A stretch of DNA of 64,000 nt from Priapulus caudatus (taxonomy: Eukaryota): NCBI RefSeq assembly GCF_000485595.1, contig NW_014577080.1, forward strand, positions 405,423 to 469,422, written 5' to 3'. This document shows positions 29,664 to 44,327 of this stretch, piece after piece. The first letter of the stretch is position 1. The number at the start of each line of letters is the position of its first letter. The translations under genes and the position numbers were made by a program. A model generated the notes under the pieces. It was not told the origin of the DNA and searched no databases. It saw only the letters and a program-made list of their open reading frames with translations.

Positions 29664-30243
29664 TCACTTATATCTAGTAATTTCTAGTAGCAACTCGGAG
29701 GTACAAACTTTTTGGCAAACGTTGGCCGCCCATTCAAGTACTGCTGTCTCGCTGTTGAAATATTTTCCCATATGTGTAGCCACAAAAACCGATGATGCTT
29801 GGACGTAACAGAAACTCGCATCACGTGATGATGGGTTCGAACGGTTTACCATTCTTCACTTGGCGACGGTCCTGCATTAGCTAACGCGACTTTTTTCACT
29901 CGGCCTATAATCGTGTTAAACTTTTCGGCGACTCAGAAATGGCCAGATTCAAAGCAGCGCGCACCACTTTGATTTTCTTGCGTTGCATCTCGGATGCCTC
30001 GTGTGATCCCACACCGTGGTGTTGGTTTCAGCCTCTTCCAACTTAAGAAGAGAAAAGTTCGGCGCGCCCGTCGGGCAAAGCATGTGCTCCCTTCTCTACG
30101 ATAGCTTCCGGCCCACGTTTCGTAAGTGTTGACAACAACGCGCGTTTCTCGCTGAAGCGTTCAAACTAAATAAGTGTCGCCCGTACGCTCCGACCATCTT
30201 TTGTTAAAAAATATGGTCGGTTGGTTGCCGAGTTTCGAGACAT
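29664..30243 (-). pseudogene. Possible second decayed intronless ORF of unknown function, upstream of the ATPase remnant
   Basis: Coding-like segments in shifting frames (MSRNSATNRPYFLTKDG..., EMQRKKIKVVRAALNLAISE, MGKYFNSETAVLEWAANVCQKVCTSELLLEITRYK*); TATAAA at about 30363-30368. Confidence 0.3.
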
Positions 30244-31089
30244 GCTGCCGACGACGCGGCACCCGCTGGGGCCGGCGGCTGGCGTTACCAGCAGTCGGTT
30301 TTGTGTGGTCTCAGTAGCAAGTAGCCAACAACAGAGGGGGTTAGAGCCACGATTACGCCAGCGTTTATAGGCGCGTGGAGGCACGTTTCGTTACATGCTT
30401 TGACAACATGCCATCGTTTAGACGTGTTAAGTTTGGAACGTTCTCTCCTAGTGTGTGAGCAGAGTGTCTTATGACAGTGCTGTCTTTTGCCCCGGGCGCT
30501 CCATTAAATACCCACTGTCAAGGACGTGAGCGAAATAGGCGGGATATATGTTTTTCTCGAGGCAGGAGGTCCGCGTGCCAGCTCCGGACTTGCTGTGTGT
30601 GTGTTTTGGTCGTTGTTGTGTGTGTGTTGGTGGATGAAAGTCAACAAGCACGTGGACATACGGAAATACACACGGATATCTCCGTCCAGCCACTGCCAGT
30701 ATGTTTAGGGATATACTATAATATGGCCACATCACAAAGTGCAAATAACAGAACAAACTTGGTAGCAAAATAGGCGATTAATATAAGTATTCGTGTATCA
30801 ATACAGCCACTCATACTTGTAAGCAATAGTGCTAACGGTCTTCTCTGCTTAGCATTCAGCAAAATAGAGGTGTGGCAAGTTAACTCGCAGTGCGATACCA
30901 GTAGATTAATTCCCCTACTGTAGCACTTTACTGCATCGTGAAAGCAGCTTGCGGGGCTCGTGTCCGGTTACTGAAAACGGAAATAGGCACCAGCCCTGTG
31001 CGCCTATGTTCCACATTAGGCGCTGGGAAGGATTTAACTTATTTTAACTGCTATCAATTCAGGATGTGGTACGAGCATACACTTGTCTG

Positions 31090-31130
<41 letters not shown>

Positions 31131-31938
31131 CTCCTCTCTAACTCTCTCCTTCTAGCTGTGCTTCCAGATAGCACACTGAAACGACACTGGCACGGCACGG
31201 CAACGGGCGCCGTTCACCCCGGTCTAAGCAAAAATTCAAATCTATTATATCTTATTGCGCAGTCTCTACTGACAGGTGCGAGCGTGGTGCGCAGAACCCG
31301 GTTTCACGGCGACGGCAAAAGTCAAATAAAGTTGTGTAGGGTTTTGCTGGATGCATGGTGTACGCGCAAAACACAGTTACCAATCAACGTGCAATGGTTT
31401 GATTACGTGTTCTGGCCTCACGCACCGATCAGCCAATAGGAAAATGGCTTTAGTAAATGATGAAATTGCGCTTGGACAAGAACATACTTCTCATACTAAA
31501 AAATGTTCCTCAGATAAAACAATTTTAAATCGATGCACATAGTTTCAGTGATTGTATCATTATTTATGTACGTTACTACACACAAAAATAGTGTGGTAGG
31601 CACGTGTCCTTTGTGGCCCCTTCCTGGTTTTGCCACCCTTGTGGACACGGACAATCAGTCACTTATGCCAAACATTATTAAACAAATTCGTTTTACTTTA
31701 CTAAAGTTTACGAGGCTAATCTTCCATTAGAGCACAGGTTTTCTCCAGTGTGTCATGTTTGTATTGTGCGGAGCAACAAGCTTTGGCAGCTGATCAAATT
31801 GAGTTTTTTCATTCTAAAGTAGGCTTTAAAGCGATTCTCATTCTTTTTCCAGTTCTTGAGCCAATGTGTGATATTCTCCTAAAGTAGACATTTTTTTATA
31901 GTACTCTGTATCCAATACCTGTGTTAGATTATATATAT

Positions 31939-31982
<44 letters not shown>

Positions 31983-32335
31983 GTCGTGTGTGGGGCTGTG
32001 GCTGTGTGTGATTGGATAGATGCTGGCTGGGCAGCCGCCGATGATACAAATTTAATGTCAGACAATTTTGCTGCGCGACTAACGGCATGTGGATGACGCA
32101 GTTGTGTGACGAATGTGGTGGTCATTCGCACTCAGACAATAAATGTGTGTGCATTTTTTACCTCGGTTTAGAGTACTTTGCCGTTTTCTACCTTGTGATC
32201 TCGTAGTGGTGTGGTTATGTTGTGTGTCATGTTGACGGCCTTGATTTACACATAATTCTAACCCACAGTAACTATTTTAACACGGTGTGATGCTTGATTT
32301 ATGTGCGTGTNNNNNNNNNNNNNNNNNNNNNNNNN

Positions 32336-32413
<78 letters not shown>

Positions 32414-33629
32414 TATATATATATATATCACAGGAATTACCTGAACATAGAACCCACATGCGTCTAGCAGTCCATCTAATGATTCATTCATCTGTTGTCC
32501 TTCGATGTTACGTGAGCAGAATTCAAATTCATGGCTCGTTCGTAAGGTAATCTATATGATTAATTGCTAGCACGCATATAGACTGCCACGTAACAGTGTC
32601 ATTAGCGTGCTCGTCTAAGACAAATCTTCTGAGCAGCGGAACCTCTGGGTGATTTTTTAGATGTCGTTGCCACTCGCAGCCACATATTAATGTTCATCCG
32701 ACTGTACGGCCGAAATTCAGTCTGTTTATTATAACTAATTATCTTCTTCGTCTTTGCGTGTCAATTCGCTTTTAAAATTGCCCACGCTGACGTAAATGCG
32801 GGAGCCAGCCGAATTGCCGATTCTAACGCACGAATAAGCATTTCGATATCTGACGTGTTAATTAGCATAATTCTCTATCGAACTTCCAACTCGGATTTTT
32901 TTCATCGATGAAAAGATGAAAAGTGCCAGCCTGAATGTAATAAACGTGGATTAGAGCGGAGATGGTGGTTTTTTATTGCTCTTATTTGCCTATGGGCTGA
33001 TGAAATTTTCCTCGATATCTACACGGCGACCACCATTATCGGCGAGAAAATTCCTGGATGGCGAATCGATAAACTAGGTTGAAAGTTCATGCCAGCACAA
33101 GCCAATAAGGACAGGATCGACGTATGTCTGTCTATGTTCACGCAGCAACGAGACCAATCTCCAATATGATGACTAAAAAGTGCAGCGCGTCGTAATTTGT
33201 GTGTGTGTGTGTGTGTATGCTAAAGCCGCGGTAACGCCACCTGTGCCAGAGATTGTCTAATCTTCTGCTAAGTAGTCGTTCATCGGCTCCCATCGAGTCA
33301 ACTTTATTACCTACTAAAGTTCGCTTAGGTCCGAATCTATCCCTGGTCTCCCGTACGATCGCCGTGCAGCTGCCACCAGAGATACCTACGCTTGCCGTTA
33401 TTCATTATTAAGTTAGCAATCGGATTGATTTCCCTGTAGGTAGCCACTTAGTTTATAGTCTAGCAGTCGCGATTTCATAAAACATTAACTGGCCCTACCA
33501 ATCCTGTACGACTATACGTTGATATGTACTAAATTCCCTTTACGCTAACATTTTCGGTTTTACTCTTGTAACATATTTGCGGATGACGTGAATGTGTCTC
33601 CGCCGCTAGTGAATACAGCATATAAGTAC

Positions 33630-33696
<67 letters not shown>

Positions 33697-36153
33697 GGGA
33701 ATTCGTGGTGAAGGGTGTGAGTGCTTTTATTTGGTCTAAGCTACACAGCGTCTATGGCGACGTTAGTATACTCATAGAAATGTCATCAGTCATGCGGCAT
33801 GCTGGTGCACTGATCTTTCAAGCCTTTTACATTGACTCTCGCAGTGTACGAGGACGGGAACGCCACGCGTGGACGCTGCTAGGGTTGTATAGGGCAATAT
33901 AATCAAATTTTCATGGAATGAAATGCTTTCCCTCATTAGCTATTGATGGTGAAGACTTGAGTGTACGTTGTAATGTCGATAGCAGCTTATGGCAACAACG
34001 TCTCAAATTGTTTTAATAGTAAAGTGTCCAAGTTTTTCTACTAAACTGTGAGCCCAATTTAGTTTAAAAATTAAAATTACTAATGGTATGCTATATCATC
34101 TTACCTTTATTTTTATTCCCGTCAAAATAATAGCCTAACCATGCGTGCGTGCGCGCGTGCTCATATGCGAACCTATAGGTCAAATGATGATATACACTAG
34201 GTAAGTGCACATTCGAAATACATAATTATACTGAGCATAATTTAGCCCGGATAAATCTCATGAGACAACGCGGACGCAATGTTATGATATGACGTCAATT
34301 ATGTTTTCCTACGTAATTACGGGAAACTAGTTCGATAAATGTGACAAATTCGTGCGTCAAAAAAAAGGCGCACAACTAGACAGTACAGTCTAATTACAAA
34401 CATGCTGTGTGTCCTTTCATACGCCTACTCGTGTTAATACGTTTTACGCATATACTGCATCAGTGAGTCGACTCAATGCCCGTGACATCGCCGTAGTTTA
34501 TAGCTGGTTGACCCGAATGCGTATGAAATCGTAGATCACAATAACGCCACGCGGTATATTCATCCTATCAAAGTGAGACCTGACGCATAATTAATGAAGC
34601 CGTCGTCATAATTTACAGGCAGCCGGGAGCGCGGAGGGCATACTGATGAGGAATCTAATTGATTGAGAAACGGATCTTGCATCATCCAGCTGATACTGAA
34701 GCTCGGCTCTAGCAAAAATCGGAAAATAATGCTAGATGTTTACAAGGACGCCAAGGACGAGCTTTCAAATGCGCTGAGCACGGGTTTAGTGTGTTAGCTA
34801 TCTGTTTACTCTAAGAAACGATAAGGAAACGTGAACGCAACGATAGCCTGTAAGGATACGTTTTCCCCGCAAATATAGAATAATAATACGCGCTAAAAGC
34901 TCCCCACTTCATGGAGCCTCTTCCCCGATCAATAATTTATCACATCAACACCAGTAACATCAAGAAATGGAGATAGATCTTGTGCACCGATAGACAGTGA
35001 TCTGTTTTGTATACGTGGATGGGCTGTCGTCACTGCATGAGCGGTGTGCATGCCGCACCCGTCTGCATGCCCATAGCACGACGTCATAAACGTGTTCTCT
35101 GCGATTTTTGTGCCACTGAGGATATAAATCGATTCTTATAAACTGTACATAAAGCATAGGAATTCGCGTTAGACTCAAAGAAAGTTGGAGTAATGTTCCG
35201 GCGGGATAGGGCGCATAAACAAGGGGACGGAGTCACGGGAGTTAAACGATACGTCGTGCGCATGCGTACGCGATGCGCGAAGAAGTTGTTCTTGTGTTTC
35301 GATATCGGAATGACTTTTCTATATAATAGCATTACAATTTCTCACAGGATCAGTGATGCATGACCGCAGATGTCATTTCGATTATCATCAAGTTAGAGCA
35401 ACACGTATTTGTTGCGTTCGTTGTGGGCGTAGATTCTGCATCACAGAAAAGAAAGCAGTTACGCTTAGACATCAGCGTGTTACCCAGAAGAACTGTCGAT
35501 GCGTATTCGGTGACGCTTCGAACGGTCTGGTGACGCTTGCTTCTCTCACTTATGTTTGTTTCTTTACTTGCTTCGCTCACTTGCGGAGTAATGCACGTGT
35601 CTTTTATTGAAGATGATCGCAACGCAAATATCTCTTTTTTTTAGTTATCACACGTGACATACGTATCTTGCTTGTAGCCGTCTGCATATGCCATGGTATC
35701 AATCCGTGAGACATTCCATGCGCGTCAATCGTATCTATTAGCTACGTATATAGCCTGACTTACAAATGATGACAAAATTTGAATAATCATCAATCATTAG
35801 CGACAGGATCACGAGTTAATAATGCGACCGAATTCTTGCGCTTTCTTACGATGCATGCCTTCATGTAATTATAGATATCATCACACTGCACTTGAGTTTA
35901 CCATTTAAATACTCGTGCGAATCCTCCACGGGCATACACAGTTCAATCCATCGAAGCGACATGCATGCAATAAAATCGAAGGAGGTATTTAGGATACCGG
36001 TCATTATAATGCGGTTGGTGGTGCTAGTTGCATGATTTCTTATTTGAGTAATTTCGTATTGTGTTGCGTGCGAGGTAGGATTGCTGTAACATAATAATGA
36101 ACAGATAGCACGTTTTAAGAACGCGGGGAAATGTGTCTGGGATGTGCCTCCAA

Positions 36154-36331
36154 TGGTAACACTATGTGTACATATATATAGCTTGGGGTGTATGTGTACG
36201 CTAGGTCGTAGCTGTAGTGGTAACACTATGTGTATATAGCTTGGGGTGTATGTGTACGCTAGGTCGTAGCTGTAGTGGTAACACTATGTGTACATATATA
36301 TAGCTTGGGGTGTATGTATACGCTAGGTCGT
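36154..36331. repeat. 58-64-bp tandem repeat, about 3 copies
   Basis: TGGTAACACTATGTGTA...GCTAGGTCGTAGCTGTAG units start at 36154, 36218 and 36276. Confidence 0.92.
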
Positions 36332-36789
36332 GGCCCTCCACCCATAACTCACGTCAACCTTTATCTTCTCTTGAAACATACTCGGCTTCTCTGACATTTC
36401 CACGCGACGTTCGCAATGCCTTCTCCCGATGCACACGCAATTATATTCCCCTCTGAGGTATAGTCAGCGACGTGACCGGTAAAGTAATAAGACTCGGGTG
36501 CCGTATGCGCATAAAGAATAATTAAGAGCAGGCGTAGATAGCAGTAGATAGCCTTGGTGAGACCTTCATTCCAGTTGATGACCTGTCTTGCATATATTGG
36601 AATATCGGATTGTATGAATTTCGCATCAACAATACGTGCTTGCGCCAGACATGGACTGATATGCTGCAAGTGTTTGCTCCGATATGATTAGTTCCTGTTT
36701 ACAAGAGAGTCGGCATGTCTGAAGTTTGGGCTGCAAATTATATCGCAGCAAGCTAAACGTATTGTTACCATTGATGCGGGACTACATGC

Positions 36790-37030
36790 TCCAGCTGCCT
36801 CCTACATATTCCTGTTGCCTCCCTATATATTGTTGCTGCATCCCTATATATATTCCTGCTGCCGCCCTATATATTCCTGCTGCCTCCCTATATACCCCTG
36901 CTGCTTCCCTACACACTCCTACTGCCTCCATAAATACTCTTGCTGCATTCCTAGTTCCCTTTGCTGCCTCCTACATATACCTGATACATTCCTACATGCT
37001 CCTAGTACATCCTTTTATATTCCTACCGCC
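36790..37030. repeat. Degenerate 21-bp minisatellite (CTGCTGCCTCCCTATATATTC-like)
   Basis: Direct inspection. Confidence 0.8.
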
Positions 37031-37572
37031 TGCTTGCACGCATCCGTGTTTCTTTGATGCATCAGTGCACGAACCGTTTGCTATCCGTGCGGTACGATGT
37101 GCGTACGATGTGCGCGGTCGGTGTGCATGACTGTCACTAATGCATGCAATCTATCACATTGTATTCTCAACACCAGATACCGGCACTCCCTCCCCGACAT
37201 ACACTCCCCCACTACTTTCACATATAGCTACTGCCTTCCCGACTGACGATCCGCACAGCCTACACAAGTGTAGTGCAGATTCTGTTATTTTTACGAACGT
37301 TAAAGCTATGCATAATCAGATTCTACACTATCTAACAAGTTGCGATTGATCCACAAGGCATTTCAACTTCTTTCGGGTATCTACCCCGACGCTCCAGGCG
37401 GGTTAATGCATAACCGAAGCCGCATCCGAACCGCATAGCCGAATGCATAGCCGAAGCCGAACCGAAGAACGCTATCGATTAAAGACAGACAACATCTACC
37501 TGCTGCATAGATGTCTCTTTCTTACCTTTCGTTTGCGATCGCCTATTCCTAACCGACGTGAAATATGTGGCA

Positions 37573-37647
37573 GGGTATAGGAATAGGTATAGGTATAGGT
37601 ATAGGTATAGGTATAGGTATAGGTATAGGTATAGGTATAGGTATAGG
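37573..37647. repeat. (GGTATA)n hexamer array, about 12 units
   Basis: Direct inspection. Confidence 0.92.
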
Positions 37648-38932
37648 AGTCGTTAGTGGGCACGGCAGGGGGTAAATCCTATAGAGTATTTTCTCGGGGG
37701 GGGGGGTAAGAACGAAACGCGAGGGGCATTTCCCCCGTATCGTCGCCTTTATCGGGCGAGAAAATTACTTTTTCGATTTAAGTCAAATGTTGTTTTGCTC
37801 TGCCGAAGGTGAGAAATCACAAGCAATCTCAATATCAATTCTGCGCAATCAGTGGCGCGCTGAAATCGTTGATTCTCTCATCTCGCAAAGATTTCCAGAA
37901 TTTGTCATGTCAGATTGCCTCAGTGATTGGCTCAGCCCGCTCGCCACACTCCCACCCGGCCCCACCCGACCCCACCCCTCGGTGCGAAATGCGATATATC
38001 AATTGTGAACCACGGCGTATTTTCGACGGGTGCGATGGAAAGAAGCGATGGAAACGACGAGAAAAGACGGTCGGACGGAGAGTCACTCGTGTCCGCGCTG
38101 TACGAAGCAAGCATGACACGATTCTATAACGATCATATATAGAAAGGCATCTGCCGCGAGGGATATTTGCTGTCTAACCGCATTCTTAGGACGTGCCTTC
38201 ATTAATGTCGCGCCGGTTTAATTGTGCAGGACACGTAAATTGCCTAGCAGAAAAAAATACACGCTGCTTAAATTGGCTTTACATAATAAGCGTCATTGTG
38301 CGTGCGTGTGTGAGTGCGTGCGTGCTGGCGTGGGTGCGTGCATGCATTCGTGCGTGTATTTGTCTGCGCATGGTAGCGCGAGCGCGTGCATGATTCTGTT
38401 ACGTGTTAAATCGACGTCTTACAGCTCAATTACTCGCAATTTCTCTAGTCCTGTGTCTTTTCAATAATCTGCATTCCAAATATTTCTGGCGTGCAGCTTG
38501 GGCGCAGGGTCTTTCTGATTTTTATTCAGTCTGACAAATGTGTTCGTTTCCACCGTCACAGCACGCTCCTAACCTATTAACTCTAATGAGAATCTGCAGA
38601 AGATAGATTACACTGTACATTTGCGTGTTGTTCTCTGGCGGCAGAGATAGAAGTTGATTAAGGCTATGCAACATCAATTAAAGCAGCACCAACCCCCACC
38701 ACCCATCACGTGACACATCGTTCACGAAGGAAGATGTGTACTGATATAGGATACGGTTCATACTTGAATATCGAATCGAAATTTCGCCTTGAAACGCCCG
38801 CGAGCCTGTATAAAAGCTTGCCAACAGCAAACCGTGATGTATTAATGCGTATATTATATGTTTGCTTTTGGCATTGTGTGCGTTTTAGCATAGATACGGT
38901 GGGTGAGGAATTCGCTTTACGTGGCTGGCGCA

Positions 38933-38980
<48 letters not shown>

Positions 38981-39816
38981 TACTGACGCTACGGAAAATT
39001 ACATTCAGTCGCCTAAGGCGTATTGCAATTTATAAACGCATACGAACTACAACACACATGCATAAAATGGTCAAACGAATTAGAAAAGAACGCGCGCAGC
39101 GTGAAATGTCATGGTGTAGGCGTCTGCTGTGTTATTCAAGACACCGCCCTCCATTAGCTCCACGTCGAGTTCCACGAAGCGCACTCACGAGATCTTAGCA
39201 GCGCTGCACTCAGTAGCCGAACGAGCTTTGCTGCTTCAATTTTCATATTTCTGCCTCTATAATTCATGTAATCCTATTGCGGCTCTAATTGAGCAAGGAT
39301 ATAGTGGGGTTAAGCGTGGCGATCTAACACTACGTCGTGCATAAGATGGCGGCATTATTTTTAATTAGGAATCTCGTTTTCATAAACGCGGACCCGCTGC
39401 GCGTATAATAATGCGCGCATAGCGCATTTTAATTTGACGTTATCTTGGTCTTTTAACGAAAATAATCCCCAGTCTAATCAACGCCAATGAAGTTTGCGCA
39501 TGTACGTTCTGCTGTTCGCAGTGGGCGTCGCTTTAATCGTTTTTAATTATTGAACAAGAATTGCTGGATCGCGTGTACAGCTGGTGCAAGCACCGCGGGT
39601 GAATGCTTTGATTGGCACGCAGTCTTCAGCCACGCGGTTATTGTTCTCAAAGCATGTGTAACGTTCGCCGTAGGGCTGATACCGTGTTACGCTTAAAATC
39701 AAAGAGTGCTCGCACCTGTTTCTCGTGCGAGAAAATGAATTTTTTTTAAAGTAATTACAAGCGGAAGTATGTAGTTGTCACTATAGTTCTCGTAGTCTAA
39801 GAAATTGAAATAAAAC

Positions 39817-41260
39817 CGTCAACCACGTCTACTATACCGTCAACCACTGTCAACCACCGTCAACCACCGTCAACCACAGCCAACTACCGTCAACCACAGC
39901 CAACCACCGTCCACAACAGTGAACCACCGCCAACCACCGTCAACCACCGTCAACCACCGTCAACTACCGTCAGCTACAATCAAACACTGTCAACCACCGC
40001 CAGTCACCGTCAACCACCGTCAACCACCGTCAACCACTGTCAACCACAGCCAATCACAGTCAACAACAGTGAACCACCACCAACCGCCATCAACTACCGT
40101 CAACTACCGTGAACCACCGTCAAATACCGCCAACCACCGTCAACCACCGTCAACCACCGTCAACCACCGTCAACCAGCGTCAACCACCGTCAACTACCGT
40201 CAGTCACCGTTAACAACCGTCAACTACCGTCAGTCACCGTTAACAACCGTCAACCACCGTCAACTACCGTCAACTACCGCCAACCACCGTCAACCACTGT
40301 CAACCACCGTCTGTCTCCGTCAATGACAGTCAACCGTTGTCAATTACCGCCAACCACCGTCAACCGCTGTCAACCACCGTCAACCACAGTCAACCACCGT
40401 CAGCCACCGGCAGTCACCAACAACCACCGTCAACCACCACAAAGTACCGTCAACCACCGTCAGTCACCGTGAACCACCGTCAACCACCGTCAACCACCGT
40501 CAACCACCGTCAACCACCGTCAACCACAGTCAACCACAGTCAACCACCGCCAACTACCGTCAGCCACAGCCAACCACAGCCAACCACTGCCAGTCACCGT
40601 CAACCACCGCCAACCACCACCAACCACCGTCAGTCTTTATCAATAACAGTCAACCGTTGTCAACCAGCGTCAGCCACCGTCAACAACCGTCAAATACCGT
40701 CAGTCACCGTTAACAACCGTCAACCACTGTCAACTACCGTCAACTACCGCCAATCACCGTCAATGATCGTCAACCACCGTCAACCACTGTCAACCACCGT
40801 CAGTCTCTGTCAATAACAGTCAACCGTTGTCAACTACCGCCAACCACCGTCAACCGTTGTCAACCACCGTCAACCACCGTCAACCACCGTCAACCACCGT
40901 CAACCACAGCCAACCATTGCCAGTCACCGTCAACCACAGTCAACCACCGCCAACCACCGTCAACCACCGTCAACCACCGCCAACCACCGCCAACCACCGT
41001 CAACCACCGCCAACTACCGTCAACCACCGTCAACCACCGTCAACCACCATCAACCACCGTCAGTCACCGTTAACCACCGTCAACCACCGTCAACTACCGC
41101 CAACCACCGCCAACCAACGTCAGCCACTGTCAACCGTTGTCAACCATAGCCAACCACCGTCAGCCACCGTCAGCCGTTGTCAACCACCGTAAACCACCGT
41201 AAACCTCCGTCAATGACAGTCATCCGTTGTCAATCGCTGTTACCCACCCTCGCCCACCGT
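39817..41260. repeat. 10-bp minisatellite (CAACCACCGT)n, about 1.4 kb
   Basis: Strict 10-bp register with variant units; source of the NHRQPPSTTV ORFs. Confidence 0.97.
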
Positions 41261-41722
41261 TAATCCCATGCGTGCGTTTACCAGATACTAACCACCATAT
41301 CTAATGAATATGGGAAAAAAAGTCTACAAACTATACCATCTGAAAGAGAATTATCCCAGCGCCGTATAGAGTGTAACATAAGCATAGCACTCTGTTGCAC
41401 GAGACGTACGAAAACGAGTTTATTTCTTCTATTCGTTCGTTCTGTTGACGTAATTCAGAATTTAAACAGAACTTAGGTCTGGTTCTTCGTTTTTCAATAG
41501 TAAAGCTTCTAAGTGATTATCGCCATATGTGTAGAGTGAGGGGAGATTTACAATAAGCGATATATCGGGCGAGTGTATGTATAATCATGTCGCACGGTTA
41601 CCCTAGTATAATTAATTCCCATCTCTATATATTTATTTTTTAAATTTTAGGTTATGTGGTATATCATTCGCACTACGTGATTTTCTGTTGACTACTTGAT
41701 TCAGAATAAAACTGAGCCATGT

Positions 41723-41910
41723 TATATTCTATTCCATATAGTATCAAACTTCAAACTTGTGAGGCTTTTCACATTACCGCTCGTGGTAAAATCGGCATAA
41801 CATTGTTGCATAGTTGCGAAGATACTATTCTATTCCATATTGTATCAAACTTGTGACGTTTTCTTCATTGTCGCTCGTGGAAAAATTGAATAAGATTGCA
41901 TAGTTGCGAA
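41723..41910. repeat. About 100-bp diverged tandem duplication
   Basis: TATTCTATTCCATAT..GTATCAAACTT...CGCTCGTGG...TTGCATAGTTGCGAA occurs twice. Confidence 0.75.
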
Positions 41911-43824
41911 TGTGGGGCGCTAGATATTTTCACCATAAGAGTAACATATTTCTCTACCACGACCCCTGAGGAATAAGTAATGAACTGTCATGCATGTAGT
42001 TTGGGTTTTATTACTTTGAAGAAATTTAAATGAATTTCAGATTAAATAGGATGAACACATTTTCAGTAATATTGCAATCGTAACATTAAGTGTATTTACC
42101 CACCACAAATATGCGTGTCGACCAGATCTTTGCTATTTTTTCACGCCAAGCACGTCTTTTTTTCTTAGACATTCCTACCGCGTTGGCTAGTATATAACTA
42201 GTGAGCACAGTCTATTAATTCTAGCTGAGCTGAACACGAATTTAATCTCACACAGAGTGACTCAGCCAAATATTGGGGTGGGGGGGGTGTAACATATTTA
42301 CAAATGCAACTTGAACAAATGCGTCATCGCGATAAATTGTGTTCTACAAAATACAATACGCTACGCAATTACCATGCCTGTTTTTTTGCCAAAACGTTTG
42401 TGCCTGAGATGTATGCGTTAGACATATTACTGCCATATTCTATCCAGCGCATTATAATGAGTTTTTTTTCTAAAGGGAACAGTAAACGCTAATTTCTAAT
42501 AATTACGCAAGCAGTGTTTACAGCAGAATAGAGCAGCGGCTTGCATTCTCAACTAATCATTCATCTGGCCACGCGTATTTACGATCATTCTAAGTGCGTA
42601 ATACGCATAGTGCAGTCAAGCACACAAGTGTGCCCCTATTATTTTTTTCGAGTGGTTTCATGACCGTGTCAGAGACAATAAATAACGAGTACCGCGTAAA
42701 TCTGATTGCTTGCACTCTAGTCTAATAGCTACCTTCCAATTACTATTCGGGCTGTCATAAATGAAGTGAATAACGGATAAGATGACATCCGGGTACGTAA
42801 ACACCCGGCGAGTATGGCTACTTCTCAGCATCGACACGCCATATACGTGTCCCAGTGCAATCCTGTTCTACACGATTTCATTGGCGAATTGTATCCGCGA
42901 TGAAAATGCGAAAAAAACGCTTACTGCACTATAATAAACTCCGTGGTATAGGGCCTACAATACGTAAATGCTAAATTTTTACGGTCATGGCAGATTCTAT
43001 TGTAAGTCTAAAAACACTTAGAGGGCGCAATAAATGCGTGCGTAATCGTGAAATACTGATTCTTTTGTAGATATAATTACAGTCAGTGTCGTGATAAAGC
43101 TATTTGGCAATGCATTGACCTTTGCCTTAGTACATTTATGTTGATTGTTGTGTTGTATATATATATATATATATGGGCACAAGAAAGTACTTGCACATCC
43201 ATAACTATAGTACCACGAAACCGCGAGCAGCGAGAAAGACGCGAGCGTAGGCAAGCCCTATCCATGCAGCTGATGCCCGTGGTTCGGGTGTAATGGCAGA
43301 CGTAAACATCATACTCGAGTACGAAGAGACGTGACAATTTCGATTTAGCTCGTGCATGGTGAACGCGCGCGTGCAGATGTGCACAAAGCAACGAGCACTG
43401 GCTGGCTGGCTGGACGACGCCGACAAAACGGTTCAATAAGCGGATTTTGTTCGAGTCATATCTTTATTCAGCCCCGTATATACGAGCGTACAAGATTTAA
43501 GTAGCCGGTCTAAACATCCTTTAAGAAGTTGGAATTGCGTGCGCATTGAGTCGCACCCAGCTGGCCAGTTAAGAACATGATGCGAGCATCATGCTAGCGT
43601 CGAGTAATGAGTTTAGCAGGGAGTAATGCTCTAACTATTAGTATTAACTCCCTGTTTACTATTATACTACTGTATACTGTATACTACTAATAATAATAAT
43701 ATATACTGATAATATAATGTAGAGGCATAGATGCACATTAGTCGAATTGTATGATGCTACGTGACAACATTTCTGTGCTCTATGGAATTCCCCTACTGTA
43801 TTTAGTTGCATACATAAGCGAGTG

Positions 43825-44090
<266 letters not shown>

Positions 44091-44286
44091 TGCTGCGTCC
44101 TGCCGCGCGTGCGGTGTTAGCAAGCTCAACAACGGTTTCATGTATTCTGTAGGCAATTGAGCGGACAATGCGTTTATTTGTATTATCATCTGTGAGTGAC
44201 TCGGCACACAACATAATGTTTCCTGATTCTGCTCAAATTTACGTCAATTACGCAAATACACACGATAAATACGAGCCGTTTATATA

Positions 44287-44327
<41 letters not shown>

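Noticed and set aside
30255..30295. AAGPSGC as the Walker A of the ATPase
   Set aside because: It lacks GK[T/S] and lies too far from the Walker B-like motif; a better candidate is at about 28960-28983.
34644..34690. CTGATGA...GAAA as a hammerhead ribozyme
   Set aside because: Stem II lacks the closing G-C pair and stems I and III cannot be formed convincingly.
36361..36669. ORF with PIYARQVINWN as a LINE C-terminal remnant
   Set aside because: The resemblance is too short and no reverse-transcriptase motifs are nearby.
39919..41192. Three repetitive ORFs (NHRQPPSTTV)n as a mucin-like protein
   Set aside because: The unit is 10 bp, not a multiple of three. The ORFs are broken by stops and lack splice or start support.
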